A stretch of DNA of 64,000 bases from Vulcanimicrobiota bacterium (GTDB lineage: Bacteria; Vulcanimicrobiota; Xenobia; Xenobiales; JADMJV01): assembly GCA_050250895.1 (NCBI GenBank), contig JBFWNU010000001.1, positions 3,808,149-3,872,148 of the forward strand, given 5' to 3'. Below are positions 36,357-46,786 of this stretch, piece after piece. Position numbers and translations under genes: made by a program. The notes below the pieces were generated by a model. The model saw only the letters and a list, made by a program, of their open reading frames with translations. It did no database searches and had not been told where the DNA came from. Each line of letters starts with the position of its first letter. Positions within the stretch are counted from its first letter, which is position 1.

Positions 36357-37768
36357 GGCCCGGTCACTGGTTCGACCACCACATCCCGTGGGCTGGTGCC
36401 CACGGGAAAGGGCGAGCCGGTGATCTCGGTCAGGGTGGCGGCGTCGAAGACAGTCAGGTTATTGGTACTGTTGTTGACGATCAGGATGTGGTCGGCGGTT
36501 TCGTCGTAGGCGATGGCATAGGCCGAGCCGGCGGTGGGAAAGGTTCCTACCACGCTCATGTCGGTGGCGTCGAAGACGGTGAAGCTGTTGTTGGTGAAGT
36601 TGGCCGTATAGATGCGATCGTGCACACTGTCGACAGCCACCGAGATGATGCGTCCCACTCCGGCAAAAGGAGAGCCGGGGATGGCCGTCAGGGTCGCAGC
36701 GTCGAAGACCGCCACCGTCGAAGAGGTGTCGTTGGTGATGTAGACGCGATTGCGCACCGGGTCATACTCGATGCCGTCGGCGAAGCTGCCGCCGGTAGGA
36801 AAGCTGCCTACCAGGGCCAGACTATTGGCGTCAAAGGCTTGAAAGTTGCCCGTGCCGCTATTGTTGCTGATGTAGACGCGGTTGTTGTTGCCGTCGAAAG
36901 CCAATTCGCCCGCTCGCGTAGCGGTGACCGGAGAGCCGGTCAACTCGGTCAGTCCGGTGGCGTCATAGGCGTGGAGATGATTGGTGAACAGCGAGCTGAC
37001 GTAGACCAGATCGCCGGCTTCGTTATAGACCACATCGGCAGGAAGCGAAAAGGCCCCGGTGGGAGCGCCGGCCACCGGAGTGAGGGTGGCCAGATCGATA
37101 CCGGTGAATTGACCGCTACCGTTGAGGGTGACGAACACGCGCTGGTGAGTGACGTCATAAGACAACCCGAAGGGGCCGCTGCCGGCGCCCAGAGAGAGTG
37201 GCGAGCCAGTCAGGGGCGTATAGTCGCCGGCCGACAGGATGGTCAGATCGTCGGAGCCTTCGTTGCTGACGATCACCCGCCGGCCCGTTGGGGGCGGAGT
37301 CGGACTCATGGTGGGACTGGGTTCCGGTGAGGGGCTGGGCGAAGGAGAGCCGTCGAAAGAGGCAGTCACCAGGGTGGTCTGGCCAGCCAGGACGTTGACC
37401 GTTGTCTCGAAGGTGCCGATGGGGGAGGTGCCGCTATCGAAGGCCAGCACCTGGATCAGGCGCAGGCCCGGCGGGATACCGCCGATGCGAACCGGGCCGC
37501 TCTGCTCGAGGGTGACCACGGTTTGCCCGACCACCGCCAGACGAGTCTGAGGATCGAGCACGTCGATGGTCACTCGCTGCACCCCGGTGGTGGCCAGCAA
37601 GAGGTCCTCGACCCGGGCCACCCCGCTCTCCAGGTCGACCCGCAGGGTGATCGAACCGCTGCTGCCGCCGGGTCCGGGGCCTTCGGAACCGGTGCCTCCG
37701 GGCGCCGAACCGCCCCCTCCTCCGCAGCCCGCCAATAATAACAAAAGAATGGCCAGGAATCTTCGCAT
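36353..37768 (-). CDS. Lipoprotein with YncE/YVTN-type beta-propeller
   Basis: Start MRRFLAILLLLLAGC (lipobox). Repeated units such as YDPVRNRVYITN...VFDAATL...GSPF. Confidence 0.8.
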   Translation of the reverse strand: MRRFLAILLLLLAGCGGGGGSAPGGTGSEGPGPGGSSGSITLRVDLESGVARVEDLLLATTGVQRVTIDVLDPQTRLAVVGQTVVTLEQSGPVRIGGIPPGLRLIQVLAFDSGTSPIGTFETTVNVLAGQTTLVTASFDGSPSPSPSPEPSPTMSPTPPPTGRRVIVSNEGSDDLTILSAGDYTPLTGSPLSLGAGSGPFGLSYDVTHQRVFVTLNGSGQFTGIDLATLTPVAGAPTGAFSLPADVVYNEAGDLVYVSSLFTNHLHAYDATGLTELTGSPVTATRAGELAFDGNNNRVYISNNSGTGNFQAFDANSLALVGSFPTGGSFADGIEYDPVRNRVYITNDTSSTVAVFDAATLTAIPGSPFAGVGRIISVAVDSVHDRIYTANFTNNSFTVFDATDMSVVGTFPTAGSAYAIAYDETADHILIVNNSTNNLTVFDAATLTEITGSPFPVGTSPRDVVVEPVTGP

Positions 37769-37857
37769 CGACTTCACTCCAGTCCGAGATTCGAGGCGGC
37801 TTCGGTCGCAGGAACTGTCTCCCTCCGCGGGAATTTCAGGTTTCTGACGGTATTTTC

Positions 37858-38703
37858 GTGAAGGTCTTCTATTCACCATACCAGAGCGTGGCCTCGAACC
37901 ACTCGTTTAGTCCCAGTGCCGGCAAGCCGGCCCTGCTGGTGGAGCAGTGGCGGCGACGCTGGCCTAGCCTCGACCTGGTCGAACCCAGGCCCGTCACCGT
38001 CGACGAGCTTTGCCTGGCCCATCAGCGGGAGTATGTCGAGGACGTGCTGGCCTGCCGACGGCCCAACGGCTTCGGTAACGAGTCGCCAGAGGTGGCCCGC
38101 TCCTTGCCGTGGACGACCGGTTCGTTGGTATCGGCAGCCCGCCACGTCGTGGCTAACGGGGGGGCGGCCTGCTCGCCGACCAGCGGCTTTCATCATGCCG
38201 GCTATCGGTGGGGCAGTGGCTTTTGCACTTTCAACGGGCTGATGGTGGCCGCCTTGCTGGCTCGCCCGGTCGACGGCATCGTAGGTATCCTCGATTGCGA
38301 CTTTCACTATGGCAACGGCACCGACGACATCCTGGCCGAACTCGGTGTCGAGTTCGTGCGCCACTTTACTACCGGTGGGATGCGTAGCCTGCGCGATCCT
38401 GACTATTTTCTCGACGAGTTGCCCGGGCTATTGGCTTCGATGGAAGCCGGCCTGCTCATCTATCAGGCCGGGGCCGATGCCCATCTCGACGACCCGTTGG
38501 GCGGCTGGATGACCACCGAGCAACTGCGCCGGCGCGACCGGGTGGTGTTCGAGTTCTGCGCCCGGAACAGGGTGCCGGTGGTATGGAACCTGGCCGGCGG
38601 TTACCAATCCGACATCCAGAAGGTGCTCGATTTGCACCACGCCACCATGGAAGAGTGCCTCAGGGCTTTTCCTCCGGCAGCTACCACGCCCCAGCTGCAT
38701 TAG
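37858..38703 (+). CDS. Histone deacetylase family protein
   Basis: GFHHA, GFCTFN, DCDFHYGNGT, QAGADAHLDDPLG and AGGY motifs. Confidence 0.9.
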   Translation: MKVFYSPYQSVASNHSFSPSAGKPALLVEQWRRRWPSLDLVEPRPVTVDELCLAHQREYVEDVLACRRPNGFGNESPEVARSLPWTTGSLVSAARHVVANGGAACSPTSGFHHAGYRWGSGFCTFNGLMVAALLARPVDGIVGILDCDFHYGNGTDDILAELGVEFVRHFTTGGMRSLRDPDYFLDELPGLLASMEAGLLIYQAGADAHLDDPLGGWMTTEQLRRRDRVVFEFCARNRVPVVWNLAGGYQSDIQKVLDLHHATMEECLRAFPPAATTPQLH

Positions 38704-38704
38704 T

Positions 38705-39451
38705 TCAGCGGCCGCCGCCCAACTCGAGGAAGCTGCCGGTGGTGTAGGACGACTTGTCGGACAAAAGCCAGAGGATGGCTTCGGCCACCTCTTCGGGTTG
38801 GCCACCCCGGCCCATCGGCAGACCCGAGGCGACCCGGTCGACCCGCCCTGGTTCGCCCCCGTCGGCGTGGATGTCGGTATAGATAAAGCCGGGCCGGACC
38901 GCGTTGACGCGAATGCCCTGGCCGGCCACCTCCAGGGCCAGACCCCGGGTCATGGTGTCGAGGGCCCCCTTCGAGGCGGCATAATCGACATACTCCCCGG
39001 CCGAGCCCAGTCGAGCCGCTACCGACGAGACGTTGACGATGGCTCCGCCCCGACCCCCGCGACTGGTGGCCATGCGCCGCACGGCCTCGCGGGCGCACAC
39101 GAAGCTGCCGATGACGTTGGTGGTCATGATCCGCTGGAGTCGTTCGAAGGTCAGGTCCTCGACCCGGCACTGACGCTCGAGGATGCCAGCGTTATTGACC
39201 AACCCCGTCAGCCTTCCCAACTCGCGGTCGACGGTTTCGAACATCGCCATCACCTCAGCCTCCACCGACACGTCGGCTTGAACCGTGATGGCTCGACCAC
39301 CTTTCCCTCGAATCGCTCGGGCCGCCGCCTCAGCCGCCTCGGCCTGGGTCCGATAGTTGATAGCCACGGCATAGCCGTTCTCAGCGGCCAGCCGAGCAGT
39401 AGCCGCGCCAATTCCTCGGCTGGCCCCGGTGATGAGCACGATCTTGTCCAT
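38705..39451 (-). CDS. SDR family oxidoreductase
   Basis: TGASRGIG, NNAG, YAASK and VRPG motifs. Start MDKIVL at 39451. Confidence 0.92.
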   Translation of the reverse strand: MDKIVLITGASRGIGAATARLAAENGYAVAINYRTQAEAAEAAARAIRGKGGRAITVQADVSVEAEVMAMFETVDRELGRLTGLVNNAGILERQCRVEDLTFERLQRIMTTNVIGSFVCAREAVRRMATSRGGRGGAIVNVSSVAARLGSAGEYVDYAASKGALDTMTRGLALEVAGQGIRVNAVRPGFIYTDIHADGGEPGRVDRVASGLPMGRGGQPEEVAEAILWLLSDKSSYTTGSFLELGGGR

Positions 39452-39545
39452 GGCCGGGCCGTTCGCGGCCGCATTTGAGGATTCTTTCATGACCTTGCCA
39501 TAGGCTAGCAACGGTTCACCGTGCCGTCTATTTCCAGGAGGATAG

Positions 39546-40649
39546 ATGGTAGTCAAGCCCTGCATTTCCACACCCGTGTTTCGCCCTGCGCCGAGTCAGC
39601 CGGCCCCCGAGCAGGCGCCCGAGCCAGACGATCGTTTCGATCAAGGCAGCGAGTTGGGCAATCTTTCCAAATACGGCGTGGGCGGTCTGGTAGGCGTGGG
39701 CATCACCCTGCCCGCCATCTACGCCGGGGTGGTCGGCGGAGCCTTGCTCGGCTCGGCCTTCGGCGCCGGGTTGGGGCCGGCTGTGTCCTCGGTGACGACC
39801 CACGGCGCCCTCGGCTTCCTGCAGGGCGTGTGGACTTCTACCAGTCTGGCCGCTAAAGCCGGCATGTTCATCGGCGGATTTGGTGGTCTGGTGGGTGGTT
39901 TCAAGCTGGGGGCCGAACTCGGCGACGCTATCGGCCGGGTGACCGGCGCCACCCCCTCAGAACGGCGCCGCCATCGCAAGCTCGATCGTCTGACCGGTCC
40001 GCTCACCACCTTCGTAACCGGAGTCGGCGCTGGTTCGGGCTTCTTGGGAGGGAGCCTGATCGGAGCCGGTTTAGGGGCCACCGGAAGTTTCATCGCAGGC
40101 GGGTTCGACATCTCCCTGGCTGCCCTGCACGGCCCCGCCTTGATCGGTGCCGGGGTAGGGGCGACGGTGGGCACCCTGGCCGGTGCCGCCGGCAGCTACG
40201 AACTGACCCGCACCGTGGTAGACTTGGTAGCGGCTGCTGGCGAGAAGGGCGAGACCACCGCCCGCCAGCACGACCTGGCCGGCTACGTCAAGACCCACCC
40301 GGTGCGCAGTCTGATGACCGTTGCCGGTGCGGTCACCGGAGCAGCCGTCAGCCTGGGCAACGCCTCCTCTGCCTCCGGCGCGTTTATGGGCAGCGGGGCT
40401 CAGGTGCTTGGCTTCTTGCACGGGGGTAAGGCGGCCATCGATCTGTATGCCTCTTTAGACGCGAGTACGATGTATGCCGACCCCAGCATCTCGCGGGCCT
40501 GTTTGGTTCGTGGATTAGGCGAAGCCCTGACCTCGACGGGTTTGCTCATTTCTGGCTCGGTGTCACCGGTGCTCTCGCTGGGCTGCCTGGGGGCCGGCCT
40601 GGCCACCACCATCGTGACCGACGTGGTCTATCCAAAGAATCCCTACTAG
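39546..40649 (+). CDS. Hypothetical glycine-zipper multi-pass membrane protein
   Basis: AGGAGG SD; repeated GxxxG helices. Confidence 0.7.
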   Translation: MVVKPCISTPVFRPAPSQPAPEQAPEPDDRFDQGSELGNLSKYGVGGLVGVGITLPAIYAGVVGGALLGSAFGAGLGPAVSSVTTHGALGFLQGVWTSTSLAAKAGMFIGGFGGLVGGFKLGAELGDAIGRVTGATPSERRRHRKLDRLTGPLTTFVTGVGAGSGFLGGSLIGAGLGATGSFIAGGFDISLAALHGPALIGAGVGATVGTLAGAAGSYELTRTVVDLVAAAGEKGETTARQHDLAGYVKTHPVRSLMTVAGAVTGAAVSLGNASSASGAFMGSGAQVLGFLHGGKAAIDLYASLDASTMYADPSISRACLVRGLGEALTSTGLLISGSVSPVLSLGCLGAGLATTIVTDVVYPKNPY

Positions 40650-42715
40650 TCCCAGTCGCTGCGGGTGCCGGTACCACCGACCGGAGCCTTGGGAGCGACC
40701 CGCTTTTGCACGGCCACTCGCACCACCTGGCCGCCTTGGACGGCCTGTCTGAGCAAGTCGCCCAGCACCCCGGTGGGGCGGGTGGCCAGGTACTTGAATT
40801 CGGCCAGCAGGATGAGCTTGGCTCGGGCCCGCGAGATGCTCACGTTGAGCAATTGGGCCGAAGCCGAGTTGAGGCCTTGATCGCAGAGCAGGTGACCTGG
40901 CTCGAGTGGCGGGGCATCCACCGTGTCGACCACCACCAGTTCGCGCTCGTGGCCCTGAAAGCGGTGCACTGTCGAACAGGTCACCCTGCCTCCGTCCAGG
41001 TTTTCGGCTCGCAAGAGGCGCTCGATGACCCGGACTTGCTCGCGGTACGGAGTGATGATGGCGATGTCCTCCACGCCATCCCCCAGGGCCTTGCGAGCGA
41101 TGGCCACGGCCACTTCGGCCGACTCTTCGTTGTAGCGGCTTTTGCTATTGGGCGGTCGCTGGCAAGTGCTCTTGCCGGCCAGATCGACCACCGTCACGCC
41201 CCGCCCGGGAAAAGGCTCGCGACCGGTCTTCTCGGCTAGTTCGCCGGTCGAGTCGGCGTTCTTGAGATTGCCCTCGTAAAACAGCCGGCTGACCAGCTCA
41301 CCGATCTCGGGAGCCATACGATACTGGGTGTCGAGCATCGAGACCAAAGGACTATTGCTCGGGTCGGGCACCGTCACCTCGAAGATGCTGCGCCCCAGAA
41401 TGCGCCGGGCCGTCTGGTTGCGGCTGCTCAGGATCGAGGGCAGCTGGCGGGGGTCGCCCACCACGATGACCTGCTGGCTAGCCCGGGCAGCGGCCAGAAA
41501 GACAGCCGGCAAGACGGCCATACCGGCCTCTTCGATGACCACCGTGTCAAAGGTCGCCCCTTCCAGCAGGGGATGCACCGACAGGTTAGCCAGGGTCGAA
41601 AAGACTACTCGGGCGGATTTGGCCACCGACTCGCGGCTCTCTTTGAGGGTCTGGCGGATCTCGAGCACGCGTGCTTTGGCTTCGGTCAACTCTGACTGCA
41701 GCTGGTTCGACAGCTCGTCGAGAGTGGCCAGCTGCTCTTCGGCCGGCAGGTCGACCACCTGGTCGAAGGCCTGGCCGTCAAGAATCTCGCGCAGCTCGCG
41801 CCGTTCCAGGCCGGGGTTGCCGCCGCCGAAAAGATCGAGCTGTTCGGGCTCGACCTGGCTGTGTAGCTTGACCACCGCTTTCGCCACCTTGCCCAATCGC
41901 TCTTGCAGGGCCGAACGCCGGTCGCGGCAGTCGACCAGTTCTTCGACCAGGGAGCGATAGCTGGCCTTGACCACGTTGCCCAGAGCGCAGGGCTCGTCGG
42001 GCTCGGTCTGGCCCAGGCGCAACAGCTTGCCCTGGCCGGCCAGTTCGGCCGTATCGGGTTGGCGTTTGAGGTGGGCCAGCACCTGGTCGATGGCGGTGTT
42101 GGTGTTGGAGACCACCAGAATGCGCCGGTCCTGTTCCAGGATGCGGGTGATGAGGCGGGCCAGGGTGGTGGTTTTGCCGGTGCCGGGCGGTCCCCACAGA
42201 AACGAGAGCTGATGATTGAGGCCGTGCTCGACGGCCTGTTTCTGAGCGGGGTTGAGGGTTGGCTCGTCGAGGCCAGCGGTCTGGCCGATGCGCTCGACGG
42301 GCAGCTTGCCGAAGGTGCGCAAGGCCATCTGGGGATGGTAGCCGTGGTCTTCCTCGGGCAGCCGCTTGAGGTCTTGCTGCATCTTCTCGTAGAGAAACCA
42401 GGGCACCACCTCCAGACCATAGTCGCTGGCGCTCGGATCAAAGGCCACCTCAGACTTGAGGACGACGTGGTCTTCGGCTAGTTCTTCGACCGTGACCGGG
42501 GTCCGGGCGCCGTCGCTTGCCACCAGCACCCCGCTCTGTCCGGCCGAGAGGCGATCCAGGCCGCGCTGGCAGTGGAAGGTGTAGAGGTCGTCGCTCTTTT
42601 GGCCGCGCCCCACGCGAATGAGGGTCTCTTGCAACTGCTCGCGGATCGACTCCATCTCGAGTTCAAGCCCCTGCAAGAAGGTATCTACAAAGCGTTGGAC
42701 CAGTTCGGCACTCAC
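40646..42715 (-). CDS. Superfamily 1 DNA2/NAM7 (Upf1-like) helicase
   Basis: WGPPGTGKT, SNTNTAID, IEEAG, GDPRQL, QYRM, ITPY, TVHRFQGHE and NVSISRAR motifs. Start approximate (GTG 42715). Confidence 0.88.
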   Translation of the reverse strand: MSAELVQRFVDTFLQGLELEMESIREQLQETLIRVGRGQKSDDLYTFHCQRGLDRLSAGQSGVLVASDGARTPVTVEELAEDHVVLKSEVAFDPSASDYGLEVVPWFLYEKMQQDLKRLPEEDHGYHPQMALRTFGKLPVERIGQTAGLDEPTLNPAQKQAVEHGLNHQLSFLWGPPGTGKTTTLARLITRILEQDRRILVVSNTNTAIDQVLAHLKRQPDTAELAGQGKLLRLGQTEPDEPCALGNVVKASYRSLVEELVDCRDRRSALQERLGKVAKAVVKLHSQVEPEQLDLFGGGNPGLERRELREILDGQAFDQVVDLPAEEQLATLDELSNQLQSELTEAKARVLEIRQTLKESRESVAKSARVVFSTLANLSVHPLLEGATFDTVVIEEAGMAVLPAVFLAAARASQQVIVVGDPRQLPSILSSRNQTARRILGRSIFEVTVPDPSNSPLVSMLDTQYRMAPEIGELVSRLFYEGNLKNADSTGELAEKTGREPFPGRGVTVVDLAGKSTCQRPPNSKSRYNEESAEVAVAIARKALGDGVEDIAIITPYREQVRVIERLLRAENLDGGRVTCSTVHRFQGHERELVVVDTVDAPPLEPGHLLCDQGLNSASAQLLNVSISRARAKLILLAEFKYLATRPTGVLGDLLRQAVQGGQVVRVAVQKRVAPKAPVGGTGTRSDWD

Positions 42716-42812
42716 CGAGGCTGGTTTGAGGCACGACCACGGCCTCCTGCCGAACGTTGGTGCGACCCCAAGCAAAAGGCCCCCGCCAGAGCGGGGGCCA
42801 GGGAAGGGTTGA

Positions 42813-44048
42813 CTACTGTGCGTAGACAGACAGCGAGAGGCGGTAGTGGGCTTTGCCGTTGCCGAAGTCGAAGGTGAAGTGTTTGGGTTTGCCCGGACGG
42901 ATGTCGCGTAGCTGGTTGTAGTTGAGCAAGACGTGGCTATGGCCGACATAGTCGTCGGGGTCCACCACACCCGGCGCGCCGAAGGGGGTGATGGCTTCTT
43001 TTAGGGTCTGGTCGGTGGCCACATCGATGGCCACTTGGCGTAGTCTCTCTCCGATCGCCTCGACCTTGGGGTTTAAAGAGGCCGGGTTCAGCAACCCTCC
43101 AAGCAGATTGAGTCCGTTGTTCTTGAAAGCGTTGACCTCGCTCTTCAGCGCACTGAGAACGGCCGAGCGCGTTTTGTCGGCGGCGGTGTTCGAGGTGGCA
43201 TCTTCTTCGAGGGCGGCCACCAGGATGGTCATCAGAGGGGCCTGGTCATACTGCTGCGGGCCGAGCGGACGGATCTGCGTCTTGACCGTCGAAGCGTAGC
43301 CGGGGACCGGGATCTTGTCGCCCTCTTTCCAGTGGGTCTTGGCGGGATACGAACTCAGATTGCCGTGGGTTCGGTTGGTGAAGGTCAGGATTCTGACCGG
43401 TGAGCTGGGCAGGTTGGCCGGGTCGATGGTGGTGCCGTCCATACACAGCACGCCGGCCAGTAGGTAGGGCTCGTCCTGAGATTCGTCGGCTTTGACGATC
43501 TCGAGGGAATTCAGGTGAATCAGCAAATTCATCACGTCAGGTCGCGGGTCAAGGGTTGGTGGCTTGGTGGGAGCTGCTTTAAACGCGATGTGCACGGTGT
43601 TGGTGTGATAGGTCTTTCCGTCGCGGGTAAAAGCCTTCATTCTGACGGTATAGGTGTGGCCCGCCGTCAGTCCGTAGTTGGCCAGGGGCAGGTTGAACTC
43701 GGCGAAGTAGCCGGGCTTGGAGGGGAAGCTGTTGACATAACCGGCGGCCTTCGGACTACCCTGGGGCTTGGCTCCCTGAAAGAGCTCCCAGGTCGCCGTT
43801 TTGAGGCCTGACCCGTTGAACCGCCACCGCAGCAGCACGGTTTCGGGACCCACCACGACGCGTTTGTCACCCCAGGTGCCGAAGTCCTTGCTGTTCAAAC
43901 TCTTGATTTCGAGCTTGGCGACCCTCAGGCCGGCCTTGGGACCACGGGCAGACGAGTTAGGCAGGGTCGGTTGCTGGTCTTGGGCCAGGGCCGGCCCGAA
44001 CAACAGGCTGACCAGGAATATCCAGAGGGTGAAGTATCGGATTGTCAT
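42813..44048 (-). CDS. Hypothetical secreted protein
   Basis: Signal peptide ending in ALA; GGAG SD; 411 aa. Confidence 0.7.
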   Translation of the reverse strand: MTIRYFTLWIFLVSLLFGPALAQDQQPTLPNSSARGPKAGLRVAKLEIKSLNSKDFGTWGDKRVVVGPETVLLRWRFNGSGLKTATWELFQGAKPQGSPKAAGYVNSFPSKPGYFAEFNLPLANYGLTAGHTYTVRMKAFTRDGKTYHTNTVHIAFKAAPTKPPTLDPRPDVMNLLIHLNSLEIVKADESQDEPYLLAGVLCMDGTTIDPANLPSSPVRILTFTNRTHGNLSSYPAKTHWKEGDKIPVPGYASTVKTQIRPLGPQQYDQAPLMTILVAALEEDATSNTAADKTRSAVLSALKSEVNAFKNNGLNLLGGLLNPASLNPKVEAIGERLRQVAIDVATDQTLKEAITPFGAPGVVDPDDYVGHSHVLLNYNQLRDIRPGKPKHFTFDFGNGKAHYRLSLSVYAQ

Positions 44049-44099
44049 TTTGAGACTCCATTTCGTTTGAATTGCGGGCGCAAGCGGAGTCAGTCTGTA

Positions 44100-44945
44100 T
44101 TAGTTCAAACCTTGGGTGACCACCACGGGATTGCTCCAACTGGTGCCGTCAGGCCCGTCGAGGCGAAGGATGATGACCGACGAGGTACTGTCGGGGACAT
44201 ACTCACCCGGGTCCAGAACGAAGGAGTTCTCGTCCACGGGGCCTTGAAAGACCTGGCCGTCGGCCACCAGTATCCACGAGATCGAGGTGGCCTTGGCACC
44301 CGTCTCCCATTGCAACTGCAGCGGCCCGGTCTGGTCGAGCACGAGCGACTCGGTCCACTCGTCACCGCCGAGAACCTTGAGCCAGGTGCTTCCCGGTGCG
44401 GCTTTGGTTTGGAATGTAGTATTTGCTTCGGGGCCGAGCGGGATGCTAACGTTCACGCCGGGAAGCGAGATGTGGATGCCGCTGGCGGGCTGGCCAGAAT
44501 CTTCTTCGTAGTATTCGTTTTCTTCATCGTCCGGCTGGTAGAAGTCGTCTTCGGCGAAGGTTGGCGGGTCAACCGGAGTCTCGACCTGAGGGACCTCGGG
44601 CTTTCCGAGAGGACCTGGAAGCCGCAGTTCGGGCGGGGTGGGCATCTCGGTGAGCACCTTCGTTGGAGGCTTCTTGGTCGAGTAGCGAAGGATTCCCGGT
44701 GATGGCTGCTGGGGCGCCTTGACGGGCTTCACTGGATAGTGGACACGGGTGCGGCCGGAAAGGTTGCGGTTGAGGAGCTTTCGGCCAGGGCCAGAGAGCC
44801 GGGTATTGCCAGGAGGCCGGGGCTTGGGGCTGACGACTTCGGCTCGATTGCTTTTCAACTGCCCCAGGCGACCCTGGGCCTGAGCAGCGGGGCCCACAAA
44901 GAGGCTGACGATCAGAAGGGCGAGGATGTAGATGCGTGTTTTCAC
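44100..44945 (-). CDS. Hypothetical secreted Pro-rich protein
   Basis: Start taken at GTG 44945 (GGAG SD; signal peptide ending AQA). C-terminal Ig-like region resembles that of the neighbouring gene. Confidence 0.6.
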   Translation of the reverse strand: MKTRIYILALLIVSLFVGPAAQAQGRLGQLKSNRAEVVSPKPRPPGNTRLSGPGRKLLNRNLSGRTRVHYPVKPVKAPQQPSPGILRYSTKKPPTKVLTEMPTPPELRLPGPLGKPEVPQVETPVDPPTFAEDDFYQPDDEENEYYEEDSGQPASGIHISLPGVNVSIPLGPEANTTFQTKAAPGSTWLKVLGGDEWTESLVLDQTGPLQLQWETGAKATSISWILVADGQVFQGPVDENSFVLDPGEYVPDSTSSVIILRLDGPDGTSWSNPVVVTQGLN

Positions 44946-45076
44946 TTTGATGCACTCCGTATTCTGTGAATTCGGGTTTGCAAGCGTCGTGAACCATACG
45001 TCGCAATTTTCTCCGAGGTTCATTATTTGCGCGTAGTAATAGGATACTATTTTCCTATAGTAAAATTGTTGGGTGG

Positions 45077-46564
45077 TCAGATCAGCCGCAGCAGTTGGGT
45101 GGAGCGCTCGCGCATGGCCAGTGCCAGGGCCTCGTCGCCGGCTAACGAGCGACCATAAGAGGGGATGAGCTCGCGCAGGGTGGACTGCCAGCGCTGGCTG
45201 GCCAGCTGCTCGGGAAAGCACTGTTTCAAGGTCTGTAGCATGATCGACACCGAGGTCGAGGCCCCCGGCGAGGCTCCCAGCAAGGCCGCCAGCGAGCCAT
45301 CGGCGCTGGAAACGAGCTCGGTGCCGAACTCCAGAATACCGCCGAGGTGCTTGTCCCTCTTGATGATCTGGACGCGCTGACCGGCCAGTTCCAGACGCCA
45401 ATCCTCTAACCGGGCAGTCGGCACGAACTCGCGCAGGGTCTCGAGTCGCTCCTGGTCCGACTGAGTGACCTGGTCGAAGAGATAGCGGGTGAGGGCCAGG
45501 TTCTGCAAGCCAGCCGAAACCATCGGAGCGATATTGTCGAGGGTGATCGACCCTGGCAGGTCGAGCAATGAGCCCTGCTTGAGAAAGCGGGTGGAAAAGC
45601 CCGCGTAGGGACCGAATAGCAAGGCCTTTTCGCCTGCGATCCGTCGGGTGTCGAGGTGGGGGACCGACATGGGCGGAGCGCCCACTTTGGCCTGTCCGTA
45701 GACCTTGGCGCTGTGGCGAGCGATCACGGCTGGATCGCGACAAATCAGCCACTGCCCGCTGACGGGAAAGCCGCCGTAGCCGCTGGCTTCGGGAATTTCC
45801 GAGCGCTCCAGCAAGGGCAAAGCACCGCCGCCGGCCCCGATGAAGACGAAGGGCGCGCTGAGCCAGCGGCGGCTCCCGTCGGCCAGAGCCTTCACGCTCA
45901 GGTGCCAAAGGCCATCGCCGCCCCGGTCGAGGTCGCGTATCTCGTGGGCACAATGCAGCTCGAAACCTTCCTGGGAGGCCAGGTAGGCGAACAGGGCCCG
46001 GGTGAGGGCCCCGAAATTGACATCGGTCCCGATCTCCATGCGGGTGGCAGCCAGGGGAGTTCCGGGCTCGCGCCCATCCATGATCAGGGGGATCCAGGCT
46101 TCGAGTTGACTCCGGTCCTCGGAATAGAGCATATCCCGGAAGAGAGCGTGCTGGGTGAGGGTTCGATGGCGAGTGCGCAGATAGTCCACGCCCTGGTCAC
46201 CCCAAACGAAGCTCATGTGGGGCACCCGGCAGATGAACGAACCCGGGTCAGGCAGAATCTCGCGTTCGACCAGAGAGGCCCAGAGCAGTTTGGAGGTCTC
46301 GAATTGCTCGGCGATTTTCAGGGCCTTGGCGATGTCCACGCTACCGTCAGCCTGCTGCGGCGTGTAGTTCAGTTCGCAAAAGGCGGAGTGTCCCGTGCCG
46401 GCGTTGTTCCAGGCATCGGAACTCTCGGCCGCCACCTCGGGAAGGCGCTCGAAAACCTGGATGGTCCAGTCGGGTTCCAGAACTCTGAGGAAAAGTCCGA
46501 GCGTGGCGCTCATGATACCGCCGCCGATCAGAACCACCGAGGCATGGGTTTCCTGGGCACGCAT
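45077..46564 (-). CDS. mqo: Malate:quinone oxidoreductase
   Basis: IGGGIMSATL, WNNAGTGHS, PPMSVPHLDTR, AGQRVQIIK and LGASPGAS motifs. Confidence 0.95.
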   Translation of the reverse strand: MRAQETHASVVLIGGGIMSATLGLFLRVLEPDWTIQVFERLPEVAAESSDAWNNAGTGHSAFCELNYTPQQADGSVDIAKALKIAEQFETSKLLWASLVEREILPDPGSFICRVPHMSFVWGDQGVDYLRTRHRTLTQHALFRDMLYSEDRSQLEAWIPLIMDGREPGTPLAATRMEIGTDVNFGALTRALFAYLASQEGFELHCAHEIRDLDRGGDGLWHLSVKALADGSRRWLSAPFVFIGAGGGALPLLERSEIPEASGYGGFPVSGQWLICRDPAVIARHSAKVYGQAKVGAPPMSVPHLDTRRIAGEKALLFGPYAGFSTRFLKQGSLLDLPGSITLDNIAPMVSAGLQNLALTRYLFDQVTQSDQERLETLREFVPTARLEDWRLELAGQRVQIIKRDKHLGGILEFGTELVSSADGSLAALLGASPGASTSVSIMLQTLKQCFPEQLASQRWQSTLRELIPSYGRSLAGDEALALAMRERSTQLLRLI

Positions 46565-46786
46565 GGCTAGTGTACATACCGTGGCCAGAGCATGAGCAAA
46601 CCCGCCCGCTGATGGCCGTAGAAGGCGGGCCTTCGTCGCACCTTACGACCAAGAGCTGAGCAAAAGCAGTCCCAACCGGCCCTGGTCGAGCTTTTCAGAG
46701 TGGCTTGAGCGTCTCGTTCTACACTCACAAAGGGGAGAGGAGCCAGCCGCCGACAGCTTTTGAACCGGCCAGGCTGACAGAGGAAG

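Noticed and set aside
44946-45953. Upstream extension of the 617-aa ORF
   Set aside because: Overlaps mqo in another frame; the signal peptide and SD point to a start at 44945.
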